The notes under the pieces are model-generated. The model was not told the origin of the DNA. It made no database searches and saw only the letters and a list, made by a program, of their open reading frames with translations. Made by a program: the position numbers and the translations under genes. Below, one piece after another: positions 29,470-44,131 of a DNA stretch of 64,000 nt. Source of the stretch: Yuukianura sp. NJ FZ-2021. Its lineage: Eukaryota. Every line of letters begins with the position of its first letter. The stretch's first letter is position 1. Location of the stretch: assembly GCA_046563655.1 (NCBI GenBank), contig CM102290.1, positions 3,534,001 to 3,598,000 of the forward strand. The letters run 5' to 3'.

Positions 29470-31820
29470 ATGTCTCTGGAGATTCTCTTCATCCTGTCAG
29501 CTCTTTGGTAATAATGTTAACCCGAATACTAAAAAAGTGTAATATTTTGTAGGAAAAAAAAGTTTATTCGATTTTGCAAAATTTTACCAAGTTGGACCTT
29601 GTGGACAACTTTTTGGGAGAATTTTTACCTAAGATTCTCCAGCATTCTAGGTTGACATGATTGGAGATTTGATTAGATTTTTCACAGGATTTGATTTACG
29701 ACTAATACAACCCTCTTGGATTCATTTTTACCGTGGCGTATAGGTCAGTGACCATGGTGACAACCACGTCCAAGACACTGATCCCCACAGGAAGAGAAAG
29801 TCATGTCACGTGGGACGTGACTAAAATTTCAAAAACTTCTGAAGCCAGTGCAAGACTTGGTCCGGGTAAGCCAGTTTTTGAACTTTTTCAAAATGATGTG
29901 AATGGAAAAACATTGGTGCTGGAGGAAAGGTCAAATTTCGAAGCAATTTTTTTTAAATTTTAACATCCTAATCTCATTTCTTTTTTGTTTCTTTTTTTTT
30001 TACCGAAAAACATCCCTTTGTGACTTGATTCTGATTTTTCAGGCGAAAATTTCCTGAGTAGCTTCCAGCATCTTCTCAGTTCGGATTTAGTGTCTCCTTC
30101 GAAGTCTTCGTTTGGACGGAATTCATCTGCTGACCACTTGAGTCTCCGTCTTACTTCTTCGGAAGAAGAAGTGACAGGGTCATCAGGGTCCCTGTCACTT
30201 CAAAGAGCCCTTCCAAAGAACAAGCTAATACCATCAAATACGAATGTGATCATGAGACTCCAGAAGCTCAACTACTACTTTGCTACACTCCGAATCTGGG
30301 AAGAGGACTGTCGACATCGACTTCTCTGTGAAGTGGCACGCGATCCTGCCAAGTTCTCCCCATTGGCTGTAGCCTTTCTGGATGAAACGAGGTAAACAAA
30401 AAAGTAATAAGTCAAAACACGAGACAACAAAAGCAAATAATGCAGGTTGACCTTTGACTCATGTTTCAAGGTCGAAAACTAGATTCGGCTTGCTTTCTAA
30501 GAAATGATCTTGCTTTCACTCCAAGTGACCATTGTCTACTTTAGTGGTTAGCTCAAGGTCATCACAGCAGTCGGAATGTGACTTTAAAAGGAAAGGATTA
30601 TTGCGAGGCGGGTAAATTTCATTTTGGGGTAGAAAGCGAGTGAAAGTGCTTCTAATCCCTCCCGCCGCCGCTTAACGGCCGAAATTACTTTCTCCTTAAG
30701 TTCCTCTCACAAACCTTTTCATTTTATTAATTTTCTTTTATTTGTTGATGTTCTAGTGACCAACAGCCCACAAAAGTTTTTCACGCCAAACGAAAAAGTT
30801 AAATGGACCATTACTGTTGCACTGGAAAAAGTTGCGGCTTCATAGCAGTTCTTAACGTTAAAACTTTTTCAATCGTAGGGAAAACTGGATGATCGTAGTT
30901 AAAATAAATAGGAGAGCGTTGATGGTGAAAATAGTGACAAGCCGGCGGGTGTATTTATAGCTTAAAAAGAAAATCAAGAAAATCGTTTAAAGTCAGACGA
31001 ACCAACCGCAATGACTTCCCTCAAGCACCAAAGTTTGAACTTCCCAATTTCAAAATTCCCACCACATCCAACAATTCACATTTTATATAATGTTATGTAA
31101 AATTTCAAACCCAAAAATATATACAACTTTTGGAAAAACAGTTCAGAGGGTATAAACAATTTTGTAGTTTTTGACTCTCAATTCAAAACAGCTTTGAAAA
31201 TTGTACAAAAACAAAACTAGAAAGCGTCTTTATGTGAAAATGGTTTGAAAATTATAAGTGGGACGCCTGGGAGGCGGGTCTCATTAGTAGGAGATTAGGG
31301 ACTATCTTGTTGCGTGTCGTCAAGTGCTTCCAGTGGAGCTGGAACCGGATCCGGCCAGATTGGAATTGACGCTGGAAGATAATGACTTAATGGACTTTTA
31401 TGTGGGATTGAAGGGCCTTCTGCATTATGGACTCATTAAAACAAGTCCCCTGAGCTCCTCATAAAATAGGCTTTAATCGGTTGACCTTTGACATTGCTTT
31501 TTCCAGATTCATTGGAGACGAAAAGTTTCTTGCCAGTCGACTCCTCAATACTCAAGCAGGAACTAAACTTCTGACGTACATTGACGCTACCCTTAGAGGC
31601 CGTAGAAGGTTTTTAACCTTTGACATTTTCAAAAATTTCCATGAAAAATATTTTTTGTGCAATTATATTTTTGATTTTTAGAAATGGATGTGAAGTGTAC
31701 AGTTACCGATGTCCGAAATCCACTGAATCAATGATCAATTATGAAACGCTCTTAGTTTGGCGTGAAATTTCTAAATGGCTTACAGTCAAAATGATTTCCA
31801 GATCAACAGACTCTGAGTGA
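29470..31820 (+). CDS. Secreted DM4/DM12-like Cys-motif protein (5 coding exons)
   Basis: Exons 29470-29507, 29744-29865, 30043-30391, 31507-31608 and about 31682-31820 splice in frame: signal peptide MSLEILFILSALWSVTMV, then EEDCRHRLLCEVARDPAKFSPL...YIDATLRGRRRNGCEVYSYRCPKS. Confidence 0.75.
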
Positions 31821-32362
31821 CCTAAAAACAAAAGTTGTAAATCTAACATAAACTTCAAAAATGGACAAATGTTTTGAAATAAAATTTTGTCACACATTTC
31901 AACTTTTAATTTTAAAAAAATTCGATTCACGTTTGGTTTCACAAGAATTAAAGCAAAAGGCAAAACTAATGTAAGCGTTACGTCTTAATAGTATTGAAGC
32001 TATAACATGTATACCTCAGGTGTAAGAAAATCATTATACAGCGGATATTTTTCAAACATTTCAGTAACAGTAAATTGTAATTAGGTATAACAAATATACG
32101 CCAACACATAAATTATGTTGACGGATTAAATTTACTCAAGTAACTACAACTTTTACCATTAAAGTTCAACACAGGACAAACATCACATCAATTTTTGTTT
32201 AAATTTTAAACATTATATTTTTATTATTCTATACAAACCGTGACATATTGAGACGGAAATTTAAAATTTTCAATGTAAAATGGATACGATTTCGGGAAGT
32301 GAAGCATTTTTGGGGTAATTTTTTAAATCTGAGGAGGAAAAATGGTACTTAGGCGTCCGCTT

Positions 32363-35300
32363 TCATTTGAGAACTTGTGTAATAAGCGTACTCTGCTCAA
32401 TGTCGCCGTCTTCCCCGGGTGACGCTCCCTTGCTCTTCCTGTACAAAACTGTCGTTTGGTCACGATCTAACCGATGATGACTCGCCTCCAGCTCTCGACT
32501 TCGTCCGTCACTTGCCCTCCCGCAACAAAGTTTCACTTTAATCAGTGACCAAATTTCCTTAAATTCTTTTCGGAAGTTCTCGTTGAGCCAACCGTACAGG
32601 AGTGGATTGGAACAAGCCGAAGACATTCCAGCCATGTGACTACAAAAATTTCATTAACATAGGTTTTGGTGGGAATTTTAAAATTCATGAGCATAAATTT
32701 TGGTGGGAAATTTTTAAAAACAGGAGAACTTATGCTTTGGTGGGAAATTTTGAAACAGCCACTTACCACATGGCGTAGATGATCAAATAAAGTTCTTTGT
32801 GATCTTTAAAGGAATTATCAAAGTCCGCCACGACATTGAAAACATTGAGCGGCATCCAAGAAATTCCAAAAATGACGGCAATGCTTATGAGCAGTGCATT
32901 CGTTCTGCGCACGCGTCGATTGTCTCTGTCTCCACTTCCACTTCCACATCCTCCTACGACATTTGAAGCATTCCTTGCTCCTGCTGCTGTTGCACCAGTT
33001 ATAGTTCCGCCTGGTCTCATACGGTAGCGCAACTTCTTACAAATTCCTGGAAGAAATGGGGGAATTAGTAACATTTTCATTTCTAGTATAAAATATATAG
33101 ACAGTGTAACCTAGTAAATACATAAGCGGATTGCTTTTAATTGTGTACCTAGTCACCGCTAGACAACCTTATTTTGTGGAAGACTTATCAATTAGAACAT
33201 GCTCTTAAAAACGTGGAGAAATCTGAAGTTCCTGGATGTGTCTAAGTCTCAGCAGAGCTTTTCATAAGTAGAAAGTAGCGGTTGGTTCGTATAGTAACGT
33301 CTCCCTCAAACTTACAAATATCACGTGTAGGCTCATTCTTTCATTTTCCTTGGAAAGTCGTTGTTATATTTTCCTTGAAAAGTGTTTACCAAGACGAAAT
33401 ATTTACACTAACAAGCGACAAAGACGGAGCTAACATAAGCTTATTGCGGTAAATAACTAACTTCCTGTGATCAGCTAGCCTAACAAAACAACACAAGCTT
33501 TGCTAGAGGTCAACTGCTGACATCTAGCGCCTACTCCAATTTGCCAAGTTCAGTACTCACATGGCTTGACAGACAAAGAACGACTGTGCAGGAAAGATAA
33601 CCAGCCGGGTGGGAGTCGAACCGACAACTCTTCACTCCGGGAAGAACTCTCTACCAATTGAGCTATCAGGTCCCATTCTACACAAGACAGAATCGGACAA
33701 CCTGTTGTAGGAAATATAATTCGGTTGTCAAGGAACATTGCAAGACGCTTGAAAATCCACCAAATCAAAATTTTCTGCAATAAACGTAACGAGGACGCAA
33801 ATTGGAAAACCAAAGCTGATTGGCTAGCCTAACAAAGCGGCTAATTGGTCCATACTTACCCAGATAAGCAAAGCTGATGATGGTAACAGGCACTAAGTAC
33901 TGAAAGATGATCGTGAAGAGGGAGTAGTAAGCTCGTCCATGTTCCGTGGGCCACTCTTCGAAACAATAGTCGACGGAACTGAGTCCAATATCTGGAAAGT
34001 CCAGTTCCTTGTGTTCCAGTGTTCTCCAGATGAAGAGAGGCGCTGCCAGAAGACACGACAAAGTCCAGATGCCCATCAACGCCAAAACAGCACCCACTCG
34101 CTGTAGACTTTGGTTCGTAGGGTACACGATAACCTAAATTAGATCACAACCAACAAATTTCCACTTCAAAAGTCAATTGACATTCGCGACGTGATTGTTA
34201 TCTCATCTCTGGAGAAAGCGCACAGACACACTACCAGAGTCTTCATTTCCGTTCTATTGTTCCGAATTCTCAAAATGCGGATTGTGTAGTATTTTTGTCA
34301 AAATTTTGAAAAGAGAAAAGAAACGAAGGAAATGATAACGATCAGTGCTCCGTAGTAGTTAATGTATCCCAGTTTTTTATGAAATTGGGCTGACTTTTGT
34401 GATTGTCAAATTCGAAATGTCTAGGTTCAAACTTATTAGTTAGGCGACGGTAGAGAAGTGGGAGGTGGGTTTGGTAACACTTGGTTAGATAGAACCAATT
34501 TAAATAAATTAATGGCTCTGTAGACTGCAGTGCTAAAGCTCTAATTTAAAAAACTCTTATTTGAACAACTTTTCTGTTTGAAATTAAAAAGAAGTTAAGG
34601 CGAAGACAGCGCGGCCTTCATTTCTGACTTTCTCAGGAAAAAAGTATAACTTTTTCCAGGAAGTTCTTAAAAAGAAGCAGAGATTGTATTACCAAAAGTT
34701 CATCTCACTTTCGACAACAATTGAAAATTTTGAAATTAATTATTGTTCAATAAAAAAAATCTTGCAAATGTCAATTGGAAATTATTCGCGTTTAAAAGCA
34801 TACTCGCTACATACGTTTTTTTTCTCTTTGAAAAAAAGTACAGTCCACCACATTACTACTTTGAAAAGCTGTTTGAAGATAATTTGATTTTTTTTTCTTT
34901 CTTCTTACTTTATCTGATCCTCTTCGCTTTTTATTAACTTAATCACCAAAGTAAGTGAAAGTCGCGGTTTTTTTGAATTGACTTTGAAAAAAAAGACAAC
35001 GTTTGTTCCTTTCATGAATTCCTTATGATGATGATGATCAATAAAGAAGAGAAAGTCAAAGGAGAAGGAAAGAGGACCACGAGTGCCTCGTCTAGAATTG
35101 ATGCTCTAATGGTTTTAGGAAGGAGATTCTTACAAATCTAATGGATACAAAAACGATAACAGTGTTTTTGGATTTTTTAGAAGAAAAGCGTACATTCCTT
35201 CTAAGATTCTAGGAGGAAAAATGTGTAGAAGAAAAAGAATCTCTTTAGCAACTGCTCGAGTTTCTCAAAATCTCTAGAGATACGTTTCTTCTTGGGTGGT

Positions 35301-37697
35301 TTCCAACAGTCGCGTAGCAATTTTGCACGCCAATTCCTTTAGCGCGCTAAAATCCGACTCTCAGTTACCTTTTGTCAAATGTGTCTACTCTCCTGATTTC
35401 GATTGAAATGCACCGATAAACTTCTCCGCCCGTTCCCGCTTTTAAGTAATTTTGCAAATTCAGTGAAGTGTAAAAATTGAAATTTGTGCTAGGCGGGTTT
35501 CATGAAAATACCTATGTGGTTAGTGTGAAACCAAGTTTAACGATTTTAAATTTTGAAAACTTTGTGCAACCTTGTTTTGTTTTCTTTCTCGATTTTGTTT
35601 TTTAGAACTTGCTACGCTAACGAAGATAAATGACTTGGGATACTTTTTTGTTGAACCTGCACTTCCAATTTTTCAAAAAGCAAAGTCAAATATTAGTTTT
35701 GAACCAAAGGGATCTGAAATATCAGAATTTTAAAAAATCTTATGCCTTTGGTGGAAATTCTCACTGGTTTTGAAAAGAAGAAAATAATGATTTTTTGGTC
35801 TTCAGAGTTATGAACTAACTCCAGTAATGTCTTGGGTTGGCTGGAAGCACAGAAACTTCCTTCTTCTGGTTCAACTCCTTCCAGAATTCTGACATAACTT
35901 TTTGACTTCCATTTTGCCCTGAAGAGGAGAGAATTCCATGGGGGAGGAAGCGGGAATATTAAGTGGTGAATTTAGTTTTCAAAAAAGTTGATCAACAAAC
36001 GAATAACTTTGTCCCTGGCTTCTGCAGAAGAAGGCATCTCCAAAATTTTAATTTTCCAAACAGCCAACTAACGCAGCTTTTGTGTTTTTCAAGAACTGAA
36101 AATGAAGGTGAAAAAAAGTTTTCACTAAAAACACAAATGATGAGTCGCATTTCCATTTTCATGTTTATACACAAAAGATCATCGCCAACACCTCAACGTC
36201 TCTTTAATCCGCCAATGAAACACCGAGTTACATAACTCAATTAACATCTTTTTTTTAATTATGCAGCTAACCTAACTTTTTTCTGGATAACGGAGCCACC
36301 CTAACTGTGTTTTTGGTTAAGACAGGACAAATTCTGACTTTCTCCTTTCCATTTTAGCTAAATTGGCAGTAGGGGATGCCAGAAGTGTTTTTGCTGGTCA
36401 AAGGTCAGATGACCTTGACCTTGCTGGTGACATTTAAGCCTCAGCCTAACGTTGGTCCATAAACTGTGCGTAATTAGAACAAAGCGGGGACTTTGGTGGC
36501 GGTATGACCCGTACTGTTCAAATGGTCCATAAATCTTATCGTGGTAACTTGTAATAAAATAAGAAGCGCAACAGGGTGCCACAAAAACCAACTTAACTTT
36601 TTTTCTGCAGTTTTGTTACAAACGACAAAAGTCACGAAACAAAAAAAATACTTGTTTGACTTTCACTTTTTGATATCGCAAAGGTAAAGAAATTCGACCA
36701 ATTTGTGCTTTTTTCGCATTCTGTCCTTGGAAATTTGCGTTAAAGTTCAAGGGACCTTACACGCGCACCAAAAAATTTCAATTTCAAAAAGATTTCGAAA
36801 TTTCGATCCATTTCTGTGTCTCTCCAACTCAGGTTTCATCCTAGGTGTTTTTCTTTATTGTCAATGTGGATTTCACGCCTCACGACGAATCAAACCACGG
36901 TCAAGTAAAATGGAGTTATATAGTTATATGCAAGAATGTCGCGAGGGCGCGAAAATTTGAAACTCTTTTAACAGATTTCACTTTTCATGAAAGTCATGCT
37001 TTCACTTTGACTCTCCTTTGAAACTAAATTGCTCTTGTCATTTTGACATAACGCTAAAACCATAAAAGGAATTAATTAATATTCATTAAGCTTTTGGCTT
37101 AATTTTTCTACACTTAATAACGTAACTACAAAATTTTCTTTTGAACTTCGTAAGCTTGTTAAATTTTGAAATTTTTCACTTTACCTGGTATCTGTCTAGA
37201 GCAATACTTGTTATAGAGATGATGTCTACAAAGACACAGACAGCTTGAAGTGATCCCACGACTTTACAGAGTATAAGGCTCCTTGGAAGGGGCCAATAAG
37301 TGGACAGGATTTCCATCAACGTCAATGGCATCGTGATGACACACAGCAGAAGGTCAGATACGGCTAGATTAATGACAAATAAATTTCGAGCTGTTCGCAT
37401 CGACGGTTTCCGTATCACGGCGCTGACGACCAGAGAATTCCCGATTGTCCCGACGACAATCAATAAACTGTAAGCGACAATGAGAACAGAAAACCAGGGT
37501 TCGTCAAGTCTCCGATTAGTTTTGTAGGATTCGACTAAGTCTTGAACGGAGGTGTCATAGTTCATTGTCCGATTCCATATTTTGGCATAAGATGGATGTG
37601 TTAGGATCTCTTCAATGGAGGTTTTAGTTTCCTTTTGTACCCAACTGGATCTTCTGGACTCATCTTCTACTGACGCATCTAGAACCATTGTCATCAT
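32363..37697 (-). CDS. NPFR: Neuropeptide F/Y-type receptor (class A GPCR), 4 coding exons
   Basis: GNSLVVSAVIRKPSMRTARNLFVINLAVSDLLLC, IALDRYQ|VIVYPT, YCFEEWP, RTNALLISIAVIFGISWMPLNVFN, CHMAGMSSACSNPLLYGWLNENFRKEF; GT-AG boundaries keep frame. Confidence 0.9.
33601..33674 (-). mobile_element. tRNA-derived SINE-like head / tRNA pseudogene in an NPFR intron
   Basis: Minus strand gacctgaTAGCTCAATTGGtagagagttcttcccggagtgaagagttgtcGGTTCGACTCCcacc: Pol III A and B boxes and D, anticodon and T arms, but a broken acceptor stem and no U33. Confidence 0.7.
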
Positions 37698-40600
37698 TTT
37701 CTTCCTGAAATTAGGAAAAAGAAGCCTAATTATAAGATAGAGTTACTGAATGTAGAATGGTCGTTTATGTTCCAGCTAGAGCCAGAGCGCCCGAGGCGGT
37801 TACCTAACGAACTAAATTTTTTTTTGGAATTATAGTTTCGAATTTCGTTTCGAAAAAACGTGGGAGTGAGGACCCAGATGACCAACTTGTCTGACAAGCT
37901 TTGCTTGCCTCGAGGTTTAGGCGTAACTTTAACTGGAACGGAATAATAATACGCTAGGTAGGAAACATAACATAAGCAAAAGAGCATTAAACTTAATGTT
38001 AGGCTAACTTTGGTCTCATCTGGTGTCTCTAAGCATATAAAAACATGACTGAGCGTTTAAGTGGCAAAGGGGATTCGACTTGGACAAAAAGTTAGAATAG
38101 CGACGGTGTTTTCTTTTAAAGTTGGGCTTTTTAGAAATAATTGTCCCTTCCAAAAACCGTTGGACAAGGTCCTTATACAAAAAAAATTTTTTTTTTCCAA
38201 AATCCCTGAAATTTCAAGATTTGGACAATCTCGTGTGTCACTTGAATTCAATTTATTGGCTTTATCCGTTTCTCGTAGGGAAAAGTGAAAGTGAAAGTTT
38301 TCGAAAAACAGACTTTTCTCCGTCCGATTCGAACGAGATACTAAAAACAAGTCAATGGATATAGCCTTGTTATCATTTATCTTAGAAAAAGGAGAACAAA
38401 GACCTAACAATGTGAACTATTAGGTTTTTCAAAAACAAAATTCCAAAAATACATTTTCGAAAAATTCTTGTTTATAAAGTACGCCCTCTAAACATACTTT
38501 TTTTTCAAAACTTGATGACATAAACTTATAGTCTGACAAAAAAAAACTCTGCTCGCATGAATTAATAAAAAAAATTAACAGGGCGTAGTATGTCGGTTTT
38601 CTTAAAAAAGTTTTCTTAAAGGGTGGAGACACTTTTAGTCTTCACGCGAACTAGGAGTCAACATTTCTGTTTTCTAAAAAAAGAAGGCATTTTTGTCAAC
38701 TTTTAGTTCCATTTTTTAAAGTTAAATAAACGAAAATTGGTTTTCGGAATTTTGCTTATAACAAACGTTCTCTGAGTGTATCGAATACTATAAAGTTTTG
38801 GCAAAAACAATGGACAAGCGCCAAAGTATTCCATTATTCTTTTGTACTTAATTTGAAATTTTCAAACATGAAAATTTTTCCGAAATGAAAAAAAAATTGA
38901 ACAGAAGGGAAAACTATTAAGCTTTCTTAAAGAAGAAAGTTTTTCATTTTTCTAAGACGTATTGATTTTGGGATTGGAACACGAGACTAATTTACACTGT
39001 AGCTAATTAGTCTTACTGGGCCAAAACAAGTTGCTCAACGTTAGGTTAACACACTGAAGACTAAGCCTTAACGTAACGTAAACCTTAAAGCCTGCAGGAC
39101 GCGTCGTAAACACACGTTCTCCCTAAGGCTTCATTCTGAAGCTATACTAAAAAGTAAAGTCGTTGCTCATTCAAGACGCTACAACATCCTGCTTAAAGAA
39201 CTGTCTAACATTCAGTTAATTAACAAAAATTTAGAGAGATGAAGGTGCATTAGCGAAATTAGTTAGTTTCTCCACCACCGTCATAAAGTGGAAACAACAC
39301 TTGAACAAAAAGTTGTAAAGGTAAGTGAGGTTTTAAGCTTGAATTTTTGGAAAGAAAGTTAAGCAATTAACAGAAAAGAGTGAAAGCCGACGTGAATTTT
39401 TCATTTAGTTTTCAACTGCTAAGCATCATCTTCTTTCAATTCAAGTTGTTCTAGACAAGGAAATTCTCAATTAGAAAACTAAAAGTTTAACTTTCTAATT
39501 TCCTCTTGTTTAGAAAACTTGTGTTAAGTTTTCCTGTTCTAAAATTTGTGGCTTAATTACTTACGCGGATTTTAATTCCAAAGTAGTTTAGCTTAAAAAC
39601 ACTCAAACTTTTACTTTCTCCCGTAACAAGAATCCAAGAAATTTGAAAGTAGAACTGAAGCCATTAGCACCTCCCCAATCTTTTTCAAAACAATAAACTT
39701 TCTTGTTCACTTTCACTCTACTTTTGTCAAATTTGAAAGAAGAAAGTTTTTCAAAGTAAATCTCAACGTCTTTTTGAAAACAGAGAAAGTTGTGTTCTAA
39801 AGCTAACAACTTTTTGTGGATTTGAGAGAAGGACAAAAATGTTTGTTTGGAATATGAGAAAAAAACTAAATACTGTACACTCTTATGTAAGGAATGGAAC
39901 GGATTAGGTTTTTTTCTTGTTTTGAAACAAACTTTTTTGTTCTAAACAAATTTTGAAGTATTTGAAGAATGATTGAGAAGATCTTGAGACAAGCACTGAC
40001 ACCGTTGAAGTAACCGTGACAGAAGGTTCTACGAACCTATTTATCCACTGAAGAGGCAGGCATACGGTATCTTTCAAAGAAGAGGAATACGCGGCAGAAG
40101 TAGCAGAAAACCGCGGCGGCGTCGTCGTCGCCGTCCTTCCAGAATTTGGAATTTCCGTCTTCTCATTTCAACAAGCCTAACCTCAAGTACTATGAAATCC
40201 CCATATAAACTTCCTGCTTCAAAATTCAATTGGAACTAACACAGAATTAAAACATGGAAAAACTAGGTTCAATCAAATGGAAACCAAGTGAAAGTCAAAC
40301 GGTGTTGGGAAAGTAATTCATGCATAAAAACATGACCAACTATAGTTTGTCTCTTTTTAGAAAGCACTTTTCAAATTTTAAAACAATTCCAGTCGCCTTA
40401 TGGACCATTAACATAGAAATTATCAATTTTTTGAAATTTTGTGTACAAACATAATGGAGAAAGTGTTTTTGAAAAACTGAGTTTTTCCCTAAGCGTCACA
40501 ATGGAAGCGAAAAAACGACGGAAACAAAAAGTACCTTCTGAAAAGGGACAAACTGTAATAACTTCATTATGGAAAAGTGACACGGAGCAGGAGAAAGCTG

Positions 40601-43600
40601 TCGATTCAAAAATTTAAATTCAAATCCAAAAAAGCCACAAATTGTGATAACTTCACAAAATTTTGGTTTGCGTTGCAAGAATACTTCTACCTGTCACTTT
40701 CTTTTATCACTAATAACACTTCATTGCACACGTTCCTTCACGTTGTTACTTTTTCACATTTTCTTATATCGACGATTTGGTCTAAATGAATATCGAAAAA
40801 CTCTACCTATAATTGAATTGACAGTGTAATATAATGAACTCTTTTTTGAAAATGTCAGTTTCCAATTCATAATTTTTTTAAAAGGGTTTGCTCACCTCGT
40901 TAAATTTGATCAGACTTTACGTCATATCTTTGACTTTCATTTTTCTTCTTCTTGTTACACTTGACGAAACCATGGAGTCGTCACGATCCGGTTGAAAAGA
41001 TTCTAAAAATGCGAGTTATGTTTCAATTTTCGTCAACAATTTTGTAATCGATCCAAATGAAAAGATGCTTTGAGGGTTGTTTTTCTTGTAAAATAAAATT
41101 GGAAATTTAAAAAAAAACTCTGGCTTCAGTATATTTCAGAAACAATGGAACTTTATTTGCTTGTTAGAAGAAGGATAGAGCAAAAATAGTTTATATTTTT
41201 AGGATGGTTTTGTCGGAGTTGTATACAGCGGAGTTCAGGTTTTACGGGTTCAAACAGGTGAAAGGTCAGGTTACTTTTACTTTCTTTAATTTTTGTGTGA
41301 AACGAGAGATGAACGGATGCTGTCAAAACTTTGTTTTTCCTGGACAACGTTAGTGACATTGACAAATTCTCGCAACGTTTCAACTTTAGCTGTAGCTTTT
41401 GAAGGTCGGTGCTTCATTTGACATGCCAGAATTCGCTTCTCTGGGTTTGCCAAAAAGTAAATCGGTGCCAATTAACCTACGTGGTAAATGTTGAGGTCTT
41501 TTGACTGCCAACAGCGATGTGCTTACCGTCTAAACACTTTGAAAGTGTAACACTGTCTTCCCAGTTTAAAAAGATGAATAGGCTGCTCGTGCCCTTTGTC
41601 AAACTTCCTGCTCCACCGTCTAGTGTCTCCATTGTGTTGGCCCCATTTTCAAAAACGGAATTTTGGTTAGAATTAACTCAAGGGTAATATGCATGTTGCA
41701 GTCAGGGTTCACCAAAGTACTGGGTACTAAAAGGGCAAAACTACTAGGACTGGTTTTACATTCCTCCAAATGCAAAACCTACCCTAACATTCTGTTCAGA
41801 CTTTTGAAAAGTTGTGTCTATTAAATTTTACTTGAAATCTTTCAAAAAGTTGAGTCGATATTGTTAAAGTTTTGACGAAAGAAAATACTCAAGTTCCCGA
41901 GTGGTCTACTTTTTTTTCTTTGTGAAAAATTGCAAAAATTTAATTCACTTCGGAGTTCAAAGCTCGAGTTAAAATGGAAGTTCGGAGTTTGAGAGTTTTA
42001 CACAAAACGGACTTCGGAAATGATGTTTTTTTAATGTTCATGGTTAGTTTGAACTTGTTAGTACTCACCAGCATGCCCACTTTCTTCAACTCAAGTTCTC
42101 TAACCCTGGTTAGCCTTTCAGAATCTTTGAAACTTGTTTGCTTTTGTCAATTTCCAAATGGTGGGATTCTGTTTGACAAAGCGGAAGTGGAGTCGGGTCT
42201 ACTTTGGTTTCAAAGTGGAAATGGAAATGTGACAAAATTCAAAGTGTAGGAGGAAGGACAGGACTTTTTTTTAGAGAGCAGTGATTCCTCTCTGACTTGT
42301 TGAAAGCACGAACTGAACAGAATCTATCCTTGTCTCTTGTGATTTAAAAGTTAAGAAATCAATCTCGGAAGGAAACTTCATTTTTTAGACACACAAGCTC
42401 CTCTTTCCGCCTGTCTTGTCGAGGCTTCCTATTGAAAAAGTACTTGAAAAGTAAGAGCGGGATGAGAAGATCTATAAAATTTTCTTGGAGTTGTTGATAG
42501 ATCCTACACCACCATTGCCAATCTTTCATTCGACTAGAAATTCTCTCTTCCTTTCAGTTTTTTGATCAACCATTGCTCCAATTTTCTGAACATTTAAAAT
42601 CTATGTGAAAGATTTTACGATTCTCTGCTCCGCTCGTAAAGGAAGATCAGACAAAGAAAGAAAAGAAAGAGAAAGCACTTTCTCTTTCCACTTCCTTCCA
42701 GATTAAAACTCAATGAACTCATACATGTTTCTATTTTTCTTAAAAAAAATTCGAGTGAAAAAACTGTAACTGTTTGAACAAGGAGTCATATTTTTTAACA
42801 AAACAAGTAGTAGCTACAGACAATATAACACTCGCGCAATTCTAAAATTTTTCTTTACTAATTTCTGAGACATCAAATATTAATGCTATTAAATTTAAAA
42901 TCAGCCTTTACAATTAATTTTATTCAATTTTTTGAATTTTTTCAAATTAACTTGGGTTGGATTTAGTTAAATTTTTTTAAAAGTTTATTTGAGGTGCTGA
43001 AGGTTTTTTTTTTTTTACTATGAAAGTCAAAAAGTCGATTTTACAATAAAGAATTTGAAATGCTGTTTCTTTTTACACATCTCAGCAAAATGAAATATGA
43101 GACACTTTTATGAGAATTTTCTCACCACGACACATTGCAAAAATTTGAGAAAGTAGGAAAAGCAAAAACAAAAAAAAAGTTTTCCGAAATCAAAAATTTT
43201 CTGAACTACCTAAACACTTCCTGCTTGCTCAAAAATTCACATGTATTTTTTCAGGTGAAAAGGCAATGAAAAAATTTCTACAGAAAACTCAAAGAAAAGT
43301 TTATTTCCAGAACTTTTCGTATAAAACAACAATCAAAATTCACAAACATTTTTTTAATTTAGATAAAAGCTTAAAAACTTTTCACTTTTCTAACATTCCA
43401 ATTTGAAAAGAAGTAATAGAAGGATTTTTATACCTTGTAGCCTGCGTTTCCTTCGTTCTGTTACGTTTAAGACATAAAATTGTGTTTTTTTTGGTTCAAA
43501 ATAGTGAAAGTGCAAAATTTCAAATGCAGATCACGGATTCTTTTGTTGAGTAAAAACCAAGAAGAATAACGAAATCGGAAGCGTGTGTTAATAATATCCT

Positions 43601-44131
43601 TTCACCTTTTACTGTACTACGTTGGGATAAATTCCGTCAACCCAGTTTCCTGATCCTGAACGGTTACCACTTCCTTTTTTAGGTATTCACTCTCACCCAA
43701 GAAATAACGAAACATATTAAAAAAAAACATATTTTGAAAACGAAATAAATTCAAAATGGAATTGAAAATTGGACAACAATGATATACACAGTGAGAGGGA
43801 AATTCAAGTACCTGTAGGTACTCCCATAAGTGTCAGTGTGTGTCAAGTACGATTGAAATGATATTTATACCCTCCAGCACTTTTTGTATACTGGACAAAA
43901 GGAAATTGAACAGCACAGATTATAATACCATTCCTTTTCTAAATCCACGTTTTATTCCTTACCAAGCTTCAATTTTTAGTTTGAGTTTCAGTGTTATTTT
44001 TATTATACAAAACATAAGTTTTCTCACAATCCAGTTTCTACTAGCGTTTCGAAACAACAAAATTTTAAGGTTTCTTTCAAAAATTGTATTCGTGCACGGT
44101 CCAATGCACCACCAACTGCATTTGCTTCCAA

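Noticed and set aside
33601..33674. Functional tRNA with GGA anticodon
   Set aside because: Acceptor stem does not pair, C replaces invariant U33, T-stem has a mismatch, and there is no long variable arm as expected for Ser
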